Shown piece after piece: positions 12,466 to 24,217 of a DNA stretch of 64,000 nt. The stretch covers positions 747,038 through 811,037 of the forward strand of contig NW_003314295.1 in the NCBI RefSeq assembly GCF_000143415.4. The letters run 5' to 3'. The number at the start of each line of letters is the position of its first letter. The stretch's first letter is position 1. Both the position numbers and the translations under genes were made by a program. The DNA is from Selaginella moellendorffii (taxonomy: Eukaryota; Plantae; Lycopodiophyta). The notes under the pieces are model-generated. The model did not search any database and was not told the DNA's origin. It was given only the letters and a program-made list of their open reading frames with translations.

Positions 12466-14135
12466 TTAACCACTCACATCTTGCTCAAAATTGAGTTTTG
12501 CTAAATCCACCCAAGTCTGCCAAGCACTAGGCTCAAACAAAACAAAATGGATCTACAAAAACGAAAACAGGAAAGTTCAAGCAAGATAGAAGGAGAACAA
12601 AATAAAGGATCACTCACCTCTGAAAAGCCCTCAGAATTTTCTTTGATGGTATTCAACGAGATCTTGGCAGCGTCGTCCAATGGATATCTGCATAACATTC
12701 ATTCAATCATCGAGGATTTAAACAAGGAAGCTTTTACCCGTAGATCCCACAGGAGATGGCCGGGAATGCGATGTACTTGACGCCCTTCTCCCTTGCAAGC
12801 TTTATCGAGTTCCTGAGCAAAAAAAACAGCAAAGCTTCATTATTCTTTTTTCTTTTCTCACTTACCTGTAAGCACTTGCAAGATAAGAAGCACAGTCATC
12901 TTTCACTTCCTTGTCATAAACCGGGCCTACGGTGTGGATAATCCGCCGCACAGGCAGCTGGAAGCCCCTGGAAAAAAACTTCAATCAAGAACAAAATGAA
13001 AAAGAGGAGTACCAAGAAGAAAACTTACGGTGTCTCCACGGCCATTCCAACGCCACAACGAACACCACCGTGGCTAGGCAAGTCCCTACAAGCACGGAGT
13101 AGCTCTCCTCCAGCGGCACGATGGATCGCTGCAAGAAAAGAAAGAAAGAACTGTCTTACGATCGATCAAACACTAAAGCTTTGGAAGAAAAGAAAAAAAG
13201 GAAAAGAAACCTTACGAACCTCCGTCCACTCCACCGCCTCCCATCATTAGCTCGTTGGCCGCATTCACGATGGCATCCGACTCTCCATCAATCTTCCACT
13301 TTGTGATATCCCCTCGCTGGAGGACGAGCTTGCATTCTCCGGAAGGGAGCTTGAACTTGAGCACCTGGGGAAGGAGATCCGGCTGCGAAGAGCTGGAGAA
13401 GGACCTCATGGCTGCCTTGGAGCGTTTAGTAGTCGCCACCCCTTCACCACTAGAGAGGAAGCCACGCTTCCCACATGAAAAGGAAAGCCCCATTGTGGAC
13501 GTGGACAAAGAGTTTTTAACTATTTGTTCTTCCTCGCTTTGGTAGCGTTTTCTCGCTAGCCGAGCAGTGAGAAGAAGATCTCCTCCTCCTCCTCCTCCTC
13601 CTCCTTCTTCATAGTTTTTCACCGATCTAGCCGTCCTTCGCTCGAGGAGGTGATGATCCACGCTGCCAAACTGGAGCTCCTCCAGGCTTGCTGGAAGAAG
13701 AGAGGGAGCAAGCTGCTGGATCATGCCATCTTGCTGAGATTTTTCCAGGCTTTTGGCCTGGATGGAGACCATTTCCATGGTGCCAAACTGGAAAACGTCA
13801 AAGCTGCCGAACTGGAACTTCCAGTTTGCGAGAAGAGGCTCGCCGCGCTTGTCCCGATCGTGCCGGGTGATTGCCGCTGCCACTCTGTGTGAATCCCGGC
13901 GCTGGAAAGAGCTGCTGTGGATGTGGATCCATTCTTGCGCGGCATTGATCGCGGCCACGTCCATTGGAGCAGCAAAATGCCTGGAAGATCGAAGAGGAGG
14001 ATTCTTTTCGCTCACCAGAGATCTTGAATCGCCGCGGCTGGAGATACTCCTGGAAATGTGGGGTGACCTCGAGAATCTAGCAACAGACCCCAAAAATAAT
14101 TTCCAGCGCCTCATCGTCTCATCCAACACCAACAT
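12466..14135 (-). CDS. MacroD-type macrodomain protein (ADP-ribosylhydrolase/Appr-1''-p processing family) with long N-terminal extension
   Basis: GDIT, DAIVNAANELMMGGGGVDG, IHTVGP, IAFPAISCGIYGYP and IHFVLF across GT-AG exons; stop at 12466; true start codon uncertain. Confidence 0.9.
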
Positions 14136-14183
14136 TCCCTCCCCTGTTCTAGGGCAAAAGGGTTAGGGTTCTTCGCGACAACG

Positions 14184-14768
14184 ATGGCGTTTAGCGGGAG
14201 CGCTAGCAATTCCAGGTGATTCTCTCTCGCTCTCTCTCGCTCTCTCCTCATTGTCTAGATCCGATCGTCCAGGCAGAGGCAGAGCTCCAATCGGCTGCCA
14301 CAGCGGGAGGAACACGTCCAGCTCCGGATCGATCCCGTCCACGGCGATCTCGACGATCACGTCCAGGATCTCCACCAGCGAGTGGTCCTCTTGAAGAATG
14401 TAAGGGTTTGGATCAATCAAGAGAAGATTCTCACGACCGATCTCCACAGGTTGCGAAGGAAATCGAGCAGGAAACGAAGTACCAAAATGACCTTCTCAAT
14501 CAGCTGGTATAATCGTTTGATCTATCATAGCTCTCTCTTTTCTTCGATGATATCTTCTTTTTTATTTGGCTCTTATCTTTCTTCCTTTTTTCGTTCTTCA
14601 TTCTCCTAGGAAGAAACGATGGCCAAGGCTGGTGCTGGGCTCAAGAACAGCATGAACAGACTATCCAGAGCGATGGCACAACATAGCTCCAACCACGTCC
14701 TCCACGTCGTCATGTTTGCTCTGGTTTGCTTCTTCTTTGTATACCTCTGGTCTCGATTTTCCAGATAG
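14184..14768 (+). CDS. SFT1: Bet1-like/SFT1-type Qc-SNARE
   Basis: 4 exons: EEHVQLRIDPVHGDLDDHV...LLKN/VAKEIEQETKYQNDLLNQL/EETMAKAGAGLKNSMNRL plus C-terminal TM HVVMFALVCFFFVYLW. Confidence 0.88.
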
Positions 14769-14901
14769 TAACAACTGATCTTCTTCTTTGCAATCGATCG
14801 ATCACATCTTGCTTTGAGGTAAAGGAAGGTCTTTCCATTCCAAGAAATTTTCTAAAGATGTTACAACACACAGGTTATAAATCCAAAGACTTATAGCTGC
14901 T

Positions 14902-15270
14902 CTAGTGCCGCTCCACCACTGCTCCCAAGCTGTCCGTGACGAAGAACCTCAGCGTCCTGGGGTTGACAACCTCCAGCGTGCACAGATCCCCGATCCTCAT
15001 CTTGTAGTGCTTGACGATGGCCGACCAGCCCTGTGTGAGCATCCGCTTCCTCGCCACAATCCACCTCATTTCCCATTCTTTGCCGGCTCTGTCAACCAGC
15101 TTCACCATGCACGTCTGTGGCGGAAGCCACCGCAACGCAAACGCCTTCTCGATCGTCTGGAGGAACCAAAGTCAGGCAAAGGAGACGAAAAGAGCGACTC
15201 TTACCAGTCGAGAGTAGGGAGCGACGTTGGTCGTCCGGATGGGAATGGTTATCCTCGGCAGTGGAGTTGT

Positions 15271-15338
<68 letters not shown>

Positions 15339-16394
15339 TAGCAGCGGTAGCATCAGACGCAGCAGCAATTTGAGGCTTGGTCTCCAAAACGTTCACTGGA
15401 TTCTCCGGCTCGGCAACAGGAGTATCGGGTGCCGTGACAGCAGGATTCTCCACCACGCCAGTGTTATTCGTAACGTCCGGCTCCGGTGTAGCAGTGTTGG
15501 CAGCAGCAGCCGCCTCGATGGCGGAGACAGAAATAAAGACCTTGAAGTTCTTCCTCTCGGTTTTCAGCACCAGGTGTATTCCTGCTTCCTCCGCGGCACC
15601 TTGTCCTCCAGACATATCGATCTCTAGCGGGTCCTGTGCTGTTCCCAGTGACTGCCTTCGCTCTGCTCTTTCCGGGGTTACCATCTCGCTGGCTGGTGTT
15701 ACTGGTGTTGCTGCTGCTACCGGTGCAGCATGAACTTCATCATCCTCCAACCGAGCAGCTTTCCTTGGAGGACCATGCTGGAGCTCTTGCTCCTGGGCAG
15801 TCCTCTTCCTCAGTTCAAACTGATCTTCCGACTCTGGAGCTGGAGAAGTGGCAGTCGCAGGTGCAGTAGCAGCAGCAGCTGCAGCAGTCGGATCTTCCAC
15901 AAACTTTGAGGCTACAGTTTCTTCTTCCACGCCCGGCATCACGGTCTCTGCAACAGCCGACTCCACCTCCGGCTGCTCCTGCTTCACCTTGACATTCCGC
16001 CTGGCATCCGAGTCCTCCCCCGCCCGCGTTATCTTCACCGAGAAGAGGCTGGGACTGAGCATGGTGAACATCACCTGGTCGTCGATCTCGAGCTCGTTGT
16101 CCCTCGCAAAAGCAGTCCACCCGGGCCCCCGAAACGCATACGTGGAGCTCTTCAGCACCGCAACCTTCACCACCCATTTCTTGTGGGAGTTGATCTTGAG
16201 CACCGCTTCGCTGGCCAGCTTGCCGCGCTGCTCGTCGTGAAACTCCTTTGGAATAGGCTGTGGCGCGGCATCACAAGTTAGTTCGTCTTCTAGAGATCGA
16301 GAGAGCTTACCAGGCATCCCGGGTAGTCCTTTGATACCGCTACTCGAGTGATCGTCTTTGTGAAACACGGCAGTGTGCCGATCTTGGAACCCAT
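14902..16394 (-). CDS. B3 DNA-binding domain protein (REM-like, two B3 domains)
   Basis: B3-1 IPKEF...KWVV...GWTAFARDNELEIDDQVMF; B3-2 VKLVDRAGKEWEMRW...LTQGWSAIVKHYKMRIGDLCTL; Ala/Pro/Thr-rich linker. Confidence 0.85.
15268..15346. repeat. (GCA/GCT)n microsatellite encoding poly-Ala in the B3 gene
   Basis: Long agc run with occasional agt interruptions. Confidence 0.95.
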
Positions 16395-16519
16395 CTCACT
16401 CTCCCAGTCTCTAAGTCTCTCCGAGTCCCACAGGACCATTACCCTTCCTCGGCTCACTCTAAAAACCTAACAGCAAAAAGGAAGTCTCTACTCTACCTCT
16501 CACCTCCCTGTTTCCTAGC

Positions 16520-17746
16520 TTAACTATCGGAACCACGACCTCTTTTCTCGCCCCTTCTCTTTTCTCTAGCAGCCTCTTCCTCCCTCCGTCTATAATCACC
16601 TCGATATCGTCCTCGCTGTGGAGTGGCCTCCGGCTGCGAGCTTCGAGCGTTTCCCAGTCCACCACCGAGTCTCTTTGGAAGCCAGTCCTTGACCGTCCTG
16701 CCTCTCTCAACGTCTACGAGAATTCGGCGGTTGTCAATCTTGGTTCCATCAGCGTGCTTGTAAGCATCTGCAATGAAGGGAAAAAGAAAAGAAAACGTTT
16801 AGCTTGCTGTGTTGTGCGCGAAGAGAAAACGAAACCCACTTTTCATGTCTTGGCTGTGGTAGAATTCCACGAAGGCGTATCCGCGGGGCTTGTCAGTGTG
16901 CTTATCGTGGACAAGGCGTACCTAAGGAAAGAATCTTAGAGACACTGCGAAGGAGAAAAGAAAGAAAAGACTCACCTGGCTAGCTATAGAGAGAGACAAG
17001 AGACCTCATTTGAGAAGCATGAACTGGACTGAGACACACCATCTTTAGGACCAAAGGCAAAAAAAATAAAAAATTCATGCACTTACCACCATGCTCGCAC
17101 TCAAGCCATGGTACTTACCCTTTTAACCGGACCATACCGTTCGAATTCACGCTGTAGCCGGTGCTCGGTTGTGTCGTAGCTCTGGAAAGCTAAATGGTAA
17201 AACGGATATGACAAAAAAAACGATGAGAAAACTTACAAGCTTGCCGATGAAAAGCGTCTTGTATGGATCACCTCGAGCATTGGGATCGGAACGAGGATCA
17301 TCTGGAAAGATCACGAGTGATGGTACCGAAAGGAAAAAAGAAAAAGGAAGAAAGAAAGAACGCAAGTGAACTTACACTTTGGAATCTCTTCGGCCAATTT
17401 CTCCTTTCCCTTCTCCAAGCGAGCGGCATTCACTCTCGCCCTTCTTTCGGCGGTGGTCTCCACTTTCGCCTGGGATTCCTGATCATCGATCGATAGGTTC
17501 TCAAAACAGCTGACGAATTGCGCGATGCCAGTGTAGGGAGGCAATTCTTTCTTCTCGATCGGCTCCTTGTACTCCACCGGGGGCGGAGGATCGAACAGCC
17601 GCAGCAAATTTGGGGTTAATCCAGTCGGATGACTCTTGGCCAGCTGAAAAGGAGATCAAATCAAAGAGCGTAAAAAAGATAGAACTTACCTGCTTCAAAT
17701 GCTTCACATGTGGCGAGTCCTCTTTCCTCTGCCTGGGCTTGCCCAT
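16520..17746 (-). CDS. U1-70K: U1 snRNP 70 kDa protein
   Basis: [46 protein letters not shown] (RNP1) and [24 protein letters not shown]. Confidence 0.95.
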
Positions 17747-17796
17747 TGCTCTAGAACACGACGAACCCTAAATATCAGAGCGTTTTAGAAGGCGCT

Positions 17797-17845
17797 CCAA
17801 CGGCTACGATGATTTTCCTACTCAACGGCCACGATGCCCTCATAC
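17797..17845. promoter_or_regulatory. Promoter element with AACGG (MSA-like) cores, duplicated at 24006-24045
   Basis: ccaacggctacgatgattttcctact...gatgccctcata upstream of U1-70K, with telo-box-like aacccta nearby. Confidence 0.45.
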
Positions 17846-20182
17846 ATTGTAAGAGAGGCAAGTCCGTGAATAGCTAGAAAAATAAAAAAAAGTAGAAAGA
17901 GAACCTCCTTAGATCAAACTCTTGCATCCTCCTCAAGGCGATATCTTATGTTCGTTTCGTGGCTGCCAAGTGGAGAGCCTGTACGGCACATCAAACCATA
18001 TCCACTACCAAGTTTTTAGGTTCAGACATTGAACGCTAATGTCAAATGTTTGAAAGTTGTTTTTCATTTTCTTTCTTCATTTGATCTAGATCTTGGGTTA
18101 GTAGATCTTATCATACCTTACAGCTTGATCACGAAGTTGCAAAATTTAACTTTTGGATGCAATCAATTTTATTTTAGTGCCATATGCAACATTAGTGCAA
18201 GCTCACAAATTCATCTTTTCTTGATAGATCTTAACTGAATTGCTCTGCTGAGTGTTTGCATGAGAACTTTAGAGTGATGTTTTGCAATTTCCTCCCACAT
18301 TAGTTTATTTTGAGTGGGGAAGAGGTTTCTAGAGCTTCTTGCAGATAAACCTAAAGAAAAGTTAAATAAGTGATGGCCACATTTGTCTGCTCTCAGCAGA
18401 GACGAACAACATGTGTTTTCTGAAACAAGTGAGTGTTTAATAAACTCACTCCCAAAATACAATTGCTTACTCGTGGACGAACGCTATGGATTTGTACACT
18501 ACAGAGCAGAAAAGAAATTTAACATAAGATGAAACGACAGTGTAGATCAGAGCTAACAACCAGTCCCGCAACATAGTCTTCCACACAGCAAACATAGCCC
18601 GGTATTGTTTTGCAACGCAATCAGTAGTATCTACATAGAAAAAAGGAAACATAGGACGGTCTTATGGAACAAGTAAAGAAAGACTTTGAAGGACAGTAGA
18701 GTCATCAGTTGGAAAGCCACTGCTCCCACAGCTCTTAGAACAATGGAGAAGCTTTGTGAGCCTGTTTCACGCTGAAGACTGTGGCACCACTTGAAAACGA
18801 CTGCCACCTCCAAGGTATCATGAAATCTAGAATGCAAATGCCCTTACTATATGCATGTCCTTTTCCTCTCCCCTCACAAAGTGCCACATGGCATGCTAGG
18901 CACCATCCAATAAAAATGTCCCATTAACAAACCGAACCAATGGAAATTCAAGTGTTGAAGCCACAGAACCCTTTGTTATCACATCTGGATCAGAGTTTAG
19001 AGAATGTAGCAGAATAGAATTGAAGAGATAGTCAATGAGGTAAAATATTACTCTAAACATATTGGATTATACAGCTAGAAGGTGCAGTGTTGTACTGAGT
19101 GGTTGCTGGATTTGCCATTGCAAACAAATCAATTAAGCTTAACTTAATTTTTTTATCTCACAGTTTTCACTTTTGCCCTAAAGAATTGGAGTCAGAAGTT
19201 TATTTAGTATTTGTGTTGAGATCAGTGTATTTCTCTGGGAAGATACCCTCCACTCCCGTAGAACAACCATTACAGTAGTGCATATGGTAGCACCCACTGT
19301 AGTAGGTGCTACTGCCCACCATATATTTGCAAAATACAATGTTCTCTCCTTTTGCTCTATGAAAAGTAGATTAGTATATAGATTTTTTTAGAGAAAAACC
19401 TTGAGTTTTACCTCTTTTGAAGTGATTAATTAGTTTTTTTATGTCACAAGGCTTTTTAATTTGAATGATTGAGCTGATTGTGATCTTGACTATAGATGAA
19501 TATGGAATGAGGGCAACTTGTGAACATATAATATTATATGAGGTGGAAATAGGCCGATTTGATGCTAAGTGAAGTTATTTTTGTATATTAAAAAGAAGCT
19601 CATCTTTTATTATATGTAGGATATCATATTTCAAATTGAAGACAATAGTTTAATAGTTTTGCACTCTATTAAGATTATATTGAGTTGCAATTATTAGGTT
19701 GGTTGGTATTGTTATTTTGAGTGATAATGAATTTTTCTTAAACTTTGATTTTTTATGTCATTTTTTTTATTAGTGTTTTAGCTTCACATTAGATCTTGAA
19801 AATGGTTGAATAAGAGTGTTAATGCAATATAGATATCTGAAGATATAGTCGTCAAGATCAAGCCTTGGATGTTCATTTTATATTTTTATGGATGTTAGTG
19901 TTAAATTTGGAGATATGGCCATAATATTCAATGCTTAAGCATGCTATTGGGTCATAGAATTTGTATTACTTTTTTAAGGTATATTTTCCATTAAATGTAT
20001 TGATAGTGATTGTAACTTGTAGAAAACTTATAGTCTTTTCATGTGGTTTGGTTGTGATCCTCTCTTCTTTCACCTCTAAGTATTCTAGCATGTAAACTTG
20101 TTTTATATTTTCTGACCTTCTTGGGCTAAAGGTCCATTGATAACAAACAGTCACCTATATATCTTGAGATTTGTATAGATAC

Positions 20183-20260
20183 ATGCTATTGCATTTGTTA
20201 GCCATCGAAACATTCATTTATATGCTATTGCATTTGTTAGCCATCGAAACATTCATTTAT
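20183..20260. repeat. Perfect 39-bp tandem duplication
   Basis: atgctattgcatttgttagccatcgaaacattcatttat x2. Confidence 0.95.
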
Positions 20261-20499
20261 ATGATTTATATGTGTCCATGAAATATGGGAATGTATTCTT
20301 TTCAATATGATCCTATTGTGGGAGTAATGTTATGATTTTATTGCTTAAAGTGGATCATAAAACCTCAATGTCTCCTCCTGAAGGAGAGTTGAAACCCCAC
20401 CATGAGCAAATACTTCATATTAGTTCCTCCCATTTTCTACAAATTTCTATAACCACAACAATTGTTTTTAGTTGGGCATGTATTGCCCAAATACAGCCG

Positions 20500-21055
20500 C
20501 TTAAACAAGTACCCCAGGTGGAATATGGTTAAAGCTGCAACGAATTTTGGTTGCCATTTTTCTAGAATGAATAATGCCGATATCCATGGTAAGGACATGG
20601 TTGAATTCGTCATTAATAAAGTATGTGAGCCAGGGAACTTTTAGGCATCTACATACAATTTCTAAGTTAGAAAATTGGAAGTCGGTGAAGAACTCTGGTA
20701 AGAGCTTTGATATTTCCGAAAAATTCCATATTTGTGAAATAAATATGGTCAAGGATTTGTTATCCGGACGTAAGTCTAAAGGTCAGCTTTTGGTTCGCAT
20801 GTATTGCCAGCTTATTACTTTTTGGAGAAAAGGGCTGATTGTGAGGGACTTGCCGATGAAATGGATGGATCACAAAGGCACTTAACAATCAACATAAGAT
20901 TATATGAGAAGTTATACATATTAATTCCACGGTTTTACAAAGACAACCTTTTAACGGTGTTCGGGCCTGAAATAAAATCGCTTTGTGACCTGCATAGAGT
21001 AGAACAGTTTGCCGCTGCGTGTCTTTGGCTGCCAGACAAAGCAGAGGCAGTGTAG
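20500..21055 (+). pseudogene. Degenerate coding remnant, unknown family
   Basis: Overlapping protein-like ORF pieces in three frames. Confidence 0.25.
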
Positions 21056-22199
21056 ACGCCTCCGTCGCTTCGTGAACAGAACAACTAATCGAGAACAGGG
21101 CTCCTTGAAACAAGCCTTAGTATAGTGCAGAAAGCCGCTCCAGTAGCATCATCAGCGGATCGTAGACACTGCACGAACACGCTTGTTCTAGTCTTGTAAA
21201 CCCCTCTACAACGTTGGCTGCAAAGGGAGTTCATGCGAGGGATGTAAAACTGGACGAATGGACTTTGACAGCCGACGTCAGACCGGACATAGGGACTCTC
21301 CCTGCGAAATCACAACCGTTAAGATGTAGATTGTTTCTACAAGAACTTACAAAACGCTCCTGGTGCCAAGCTTGTTTCAAAATTTCCAAAACTCGCCATG
21401 AGCTTATCCTACACAAGTGCGCAAGTTCCACATCAGCAGAAATAAAAGACAAAAGAGATTTCATCACTGCAGCTTCACGCTCCCGGTTTCCTCTCTAAGC
21501 TCAACGTGCAGTTCCTTGCCTCCGCCTTGGGAGGACGATACACGATGTAATATCTCGGGTACAAGCGCTTATATGCACTGACGGCCTAGCTCGTAGCGAT
21601 ATCGTGCTCGATCATCTGCTAATTATAGTGGTGTCCACTGCAACCATTATCATTTGCTTTTTCCTGTACAAATGTTAAAAACGTACTTTTTGGAATTACC
21701 TTGGACATTTCCCTGTCGTAGACTCCGACTTGTATCTGAAAAAGAGCACAAAAAGTTTCCTTCCAGAGGTTTTTCAATAAAACCGGACAACATATTCTTG
21801 ATCAGGTGTGACTTTCACTGAACTTTAAATCCTGATCTTGCCATTTTTGTATCCACGATTGAAATTTCCACAAGGCGAATGCATCTCGTCCCTCTGGTGG
21901 TTTTTTTGCGTAGAAAAGAAAGATCTTGCTGTTATTCAGGTGTGTCCACGAACCAGATGCGACCTGCAAGATCGTTTTTACACAAGGTGTGAGCATATAG
22001 CTCGTGGAGGATACACACCTGAAAAAGAAACAGCAAATGACTCACACTCAGCAAAAGGTGCGAAGACCTTACATGGATCTACGCAAAAACTTTCTTGTGG
22101 CAACAGCACTGACTGGTCCACTTAGAATCGAGCAACACAAGAATCTAAAACGACGCCACCATTCTGATAAACCCTAATCTCTCTTTGCAGTCGAGGGCA

Positions 22200-22608
22200 G
22201 TCTAAGATTCTCCCAGCACTTTGTTGGAAGAGAACACTGCCATGGGGATGGACTTGTCTAAAAAGCGACTATAATATTGGAGGCCGATAATTTGTGGAAT
22301 AGGGTTGCATTGCCTCTTATCACTAGGATAACAATATGTATACTTGCAAGGGAATCTGGAGAGTTATAACTTATACTCAGTGTTGCAAGATTATCCTTAC
22401 GAGTTCTAACCATCCTAAATTTGATGGTAATGGGCGAGTTCGTCATGGAGCTTCGATCCTTTGTGGCGACAGCAAAATCCTTGTTTGTAACAACTGCAAG
22501 CTATTCGAATTGAGGATGGATCCTACTAAAGGATTTGTGAAGGAAACTATCCTCAAGTGGCATGTCGTAGTCCAGAGGCACAAGCTTCACGGACTCCCGG
22601 TGTCTTGA
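22200..22608 (+). pseudogene. F-box gene paralogue of 4345-5330, 3' part (displaced by inversion)
   Basis: SKILPAL..., SNHPKFDG...LRMDPTKGFVKE match NHPQFDG...LRMDPTKGFVEE of the 4.3-5.3 kb copy. Confidence 0.75.
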
Positions 22609-22874
22609 TCCTGGTACATTATAGAGAAAGCACTGATCACAAAATGTAAACGAAGAAAAAGTATTGACAGTTCTGGAAAGCCAACTTCGGCTAAAAATGT
22701 TGATCTATATGTGTTAGTGAATCATGGAGAGACTATATTGATTATGTTGCCATCCAAGTTCCAACTCTTGACGGAACTCCTGCTGATATACCAGCTCCAC
22801 GGATCGACCAAGCACGAGAGCAAGCGATGCTTGGAGTCGACAAAAACGGCCAAGGCACCGGAGCTCCGGCAGTA

Positions 22875-23797
22875 CTAAATGTCGGCACGCTTGTTCACGA
22901 ACATTGTGGGAAAGAATGGAAAGAAAAGCTTTGAGAACTGAAGTAGCTCACACCATTTCCAGCATCCAATCTGGCTTCTCCTCCAGAGATAATCGCCTGC
23001 AAAGATTAGCCATGGCCAATCACTCAAGCAAAATAAAAAAGGGTTTTTTACCTGTGGCTTTGCCGATTGCGGCAACAAGAAACAAGAAGGTCGAATGTTG
23101 GGCCTGGATCGCCTGAGGCTGCTGACAATGGAGCTCCGGAGGCAGCAACACATGCGCGATCGACTTCCCCGGGATATGGATGGCGTCGGCACTGTCTCGG
23201 ATGCGAACGTCGCGATGCCACTCGCTCACCGTATTCCATGAGCGGGAGCGCGCAAGATGACGAGATGATACCACTCAACATCCTTGCTGGGATGCACGAC
23301 TTGGCAGGCTTGGACGCCACCGCCGTCATACTCTGCTGGTAGCTCCAAAACGGAAGCTTGATGCTGCTGCTCCGGATCAAGGCTGTAGCAGAGAAGGGAG
23401 TGACGATCTCCCGCCTCGCCTTGGACAGTGTTGCAGTAGAGAACCAGCAGCCCGCGAGGAGACACGGCCAGGAGGCGCCTCTGCGACGAGCTGTGATCAT
23501 CCCTCTCATCGAGTTGGAGTCGGAGCCGCTTCCACCTGGGCGGGAGATCTACCTCGAATCCAAAGTTGTGCAAGACGAGGTTTTGATTCGGGAGCAGCAG
23601 CGCACACTTGTCTTGCTTCAAGGGCTGCAACAGAATGGCGGCGGTGAGCTCCCAGTCGCCGTCGGCAAGGCGGAACAGATGATCCAAGGCGAGGTGATCG
23701 ATAAGAATCTTGAGCAGAAGCAGCGCCGGCAAGCCCTTCCACAGCTCTGGAACCAGATCACTCTCTTCCTCCAGAGAGTGATCTTCTTCAGTCGCAA
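22875..23797 (-). pseudogene. Second F-box-like gene, disrupted
   Basis: DLVPELWKGLPALLLLKILIDHLALDHLFRL F-box-like start; stop at 23226 and continuation in another frame. Confidence 0.55.
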
Positions 23798-23950
23798 CTT
23801 AGACGCTGCAGTGAGAGGATTCCAGACTAAAAGATCTTCTTTCATCCCAAATAACAAGCTACTGCTCGAGTTTAGAACATAAATCCATGTAACAGGTTGG
23901 CATGCTTCTTGTCCATAATCTAGACCCGAGGACTATGATTCAAGTGGTCT
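23798..23950 (-). pseudogene. F-box gene paralogue of 4345-5330, 5' part
   Basis: LLFGMKEDLLVWNPL; nucleotide match to about 5060-5240. Confidence 0.7.
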
Positions 23951-24217
23951 TGGGTGACATATTTAAAAGGGAAAAGTCCTAAACCCTAAGATGGTAGGCT
24001 AAATATCCGACGGCTACGATGAATTTCCTACTTGATGCCCCACATAGGGTTTTAACGTGCGGCCAAGATTTTTGAAATTGAGAATGTCCAAGCGATGGAC
24101 GGCCAGGATCCAGAAGGTGCAGATAAATATCTCTAGGGGTTTAGGGTGTTTGAGGGGAAGGGTTTTGGCGATCGATTCTTTCTTATCGGGGGCGCTCCAT
24201 CTCGAGTTTCAGCGGCG

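Noticed and set aside
14905-15627. 240-aa poly-Ser ORF on plus
   Set aside because: Antisense to the B3 gene microsatellite
19287-19312. Hairpin GTAGCACC...GGTGCTAC as a Helitron end or miRNA
   Set aside because: Short, no adjacent CTRR terminus, and too small for a miRNA precursor
20183-20260. 39-bp repeat as CRISPR-like
   Set aside because: Two adjacent copies with no spacer, in a eukaryotic context
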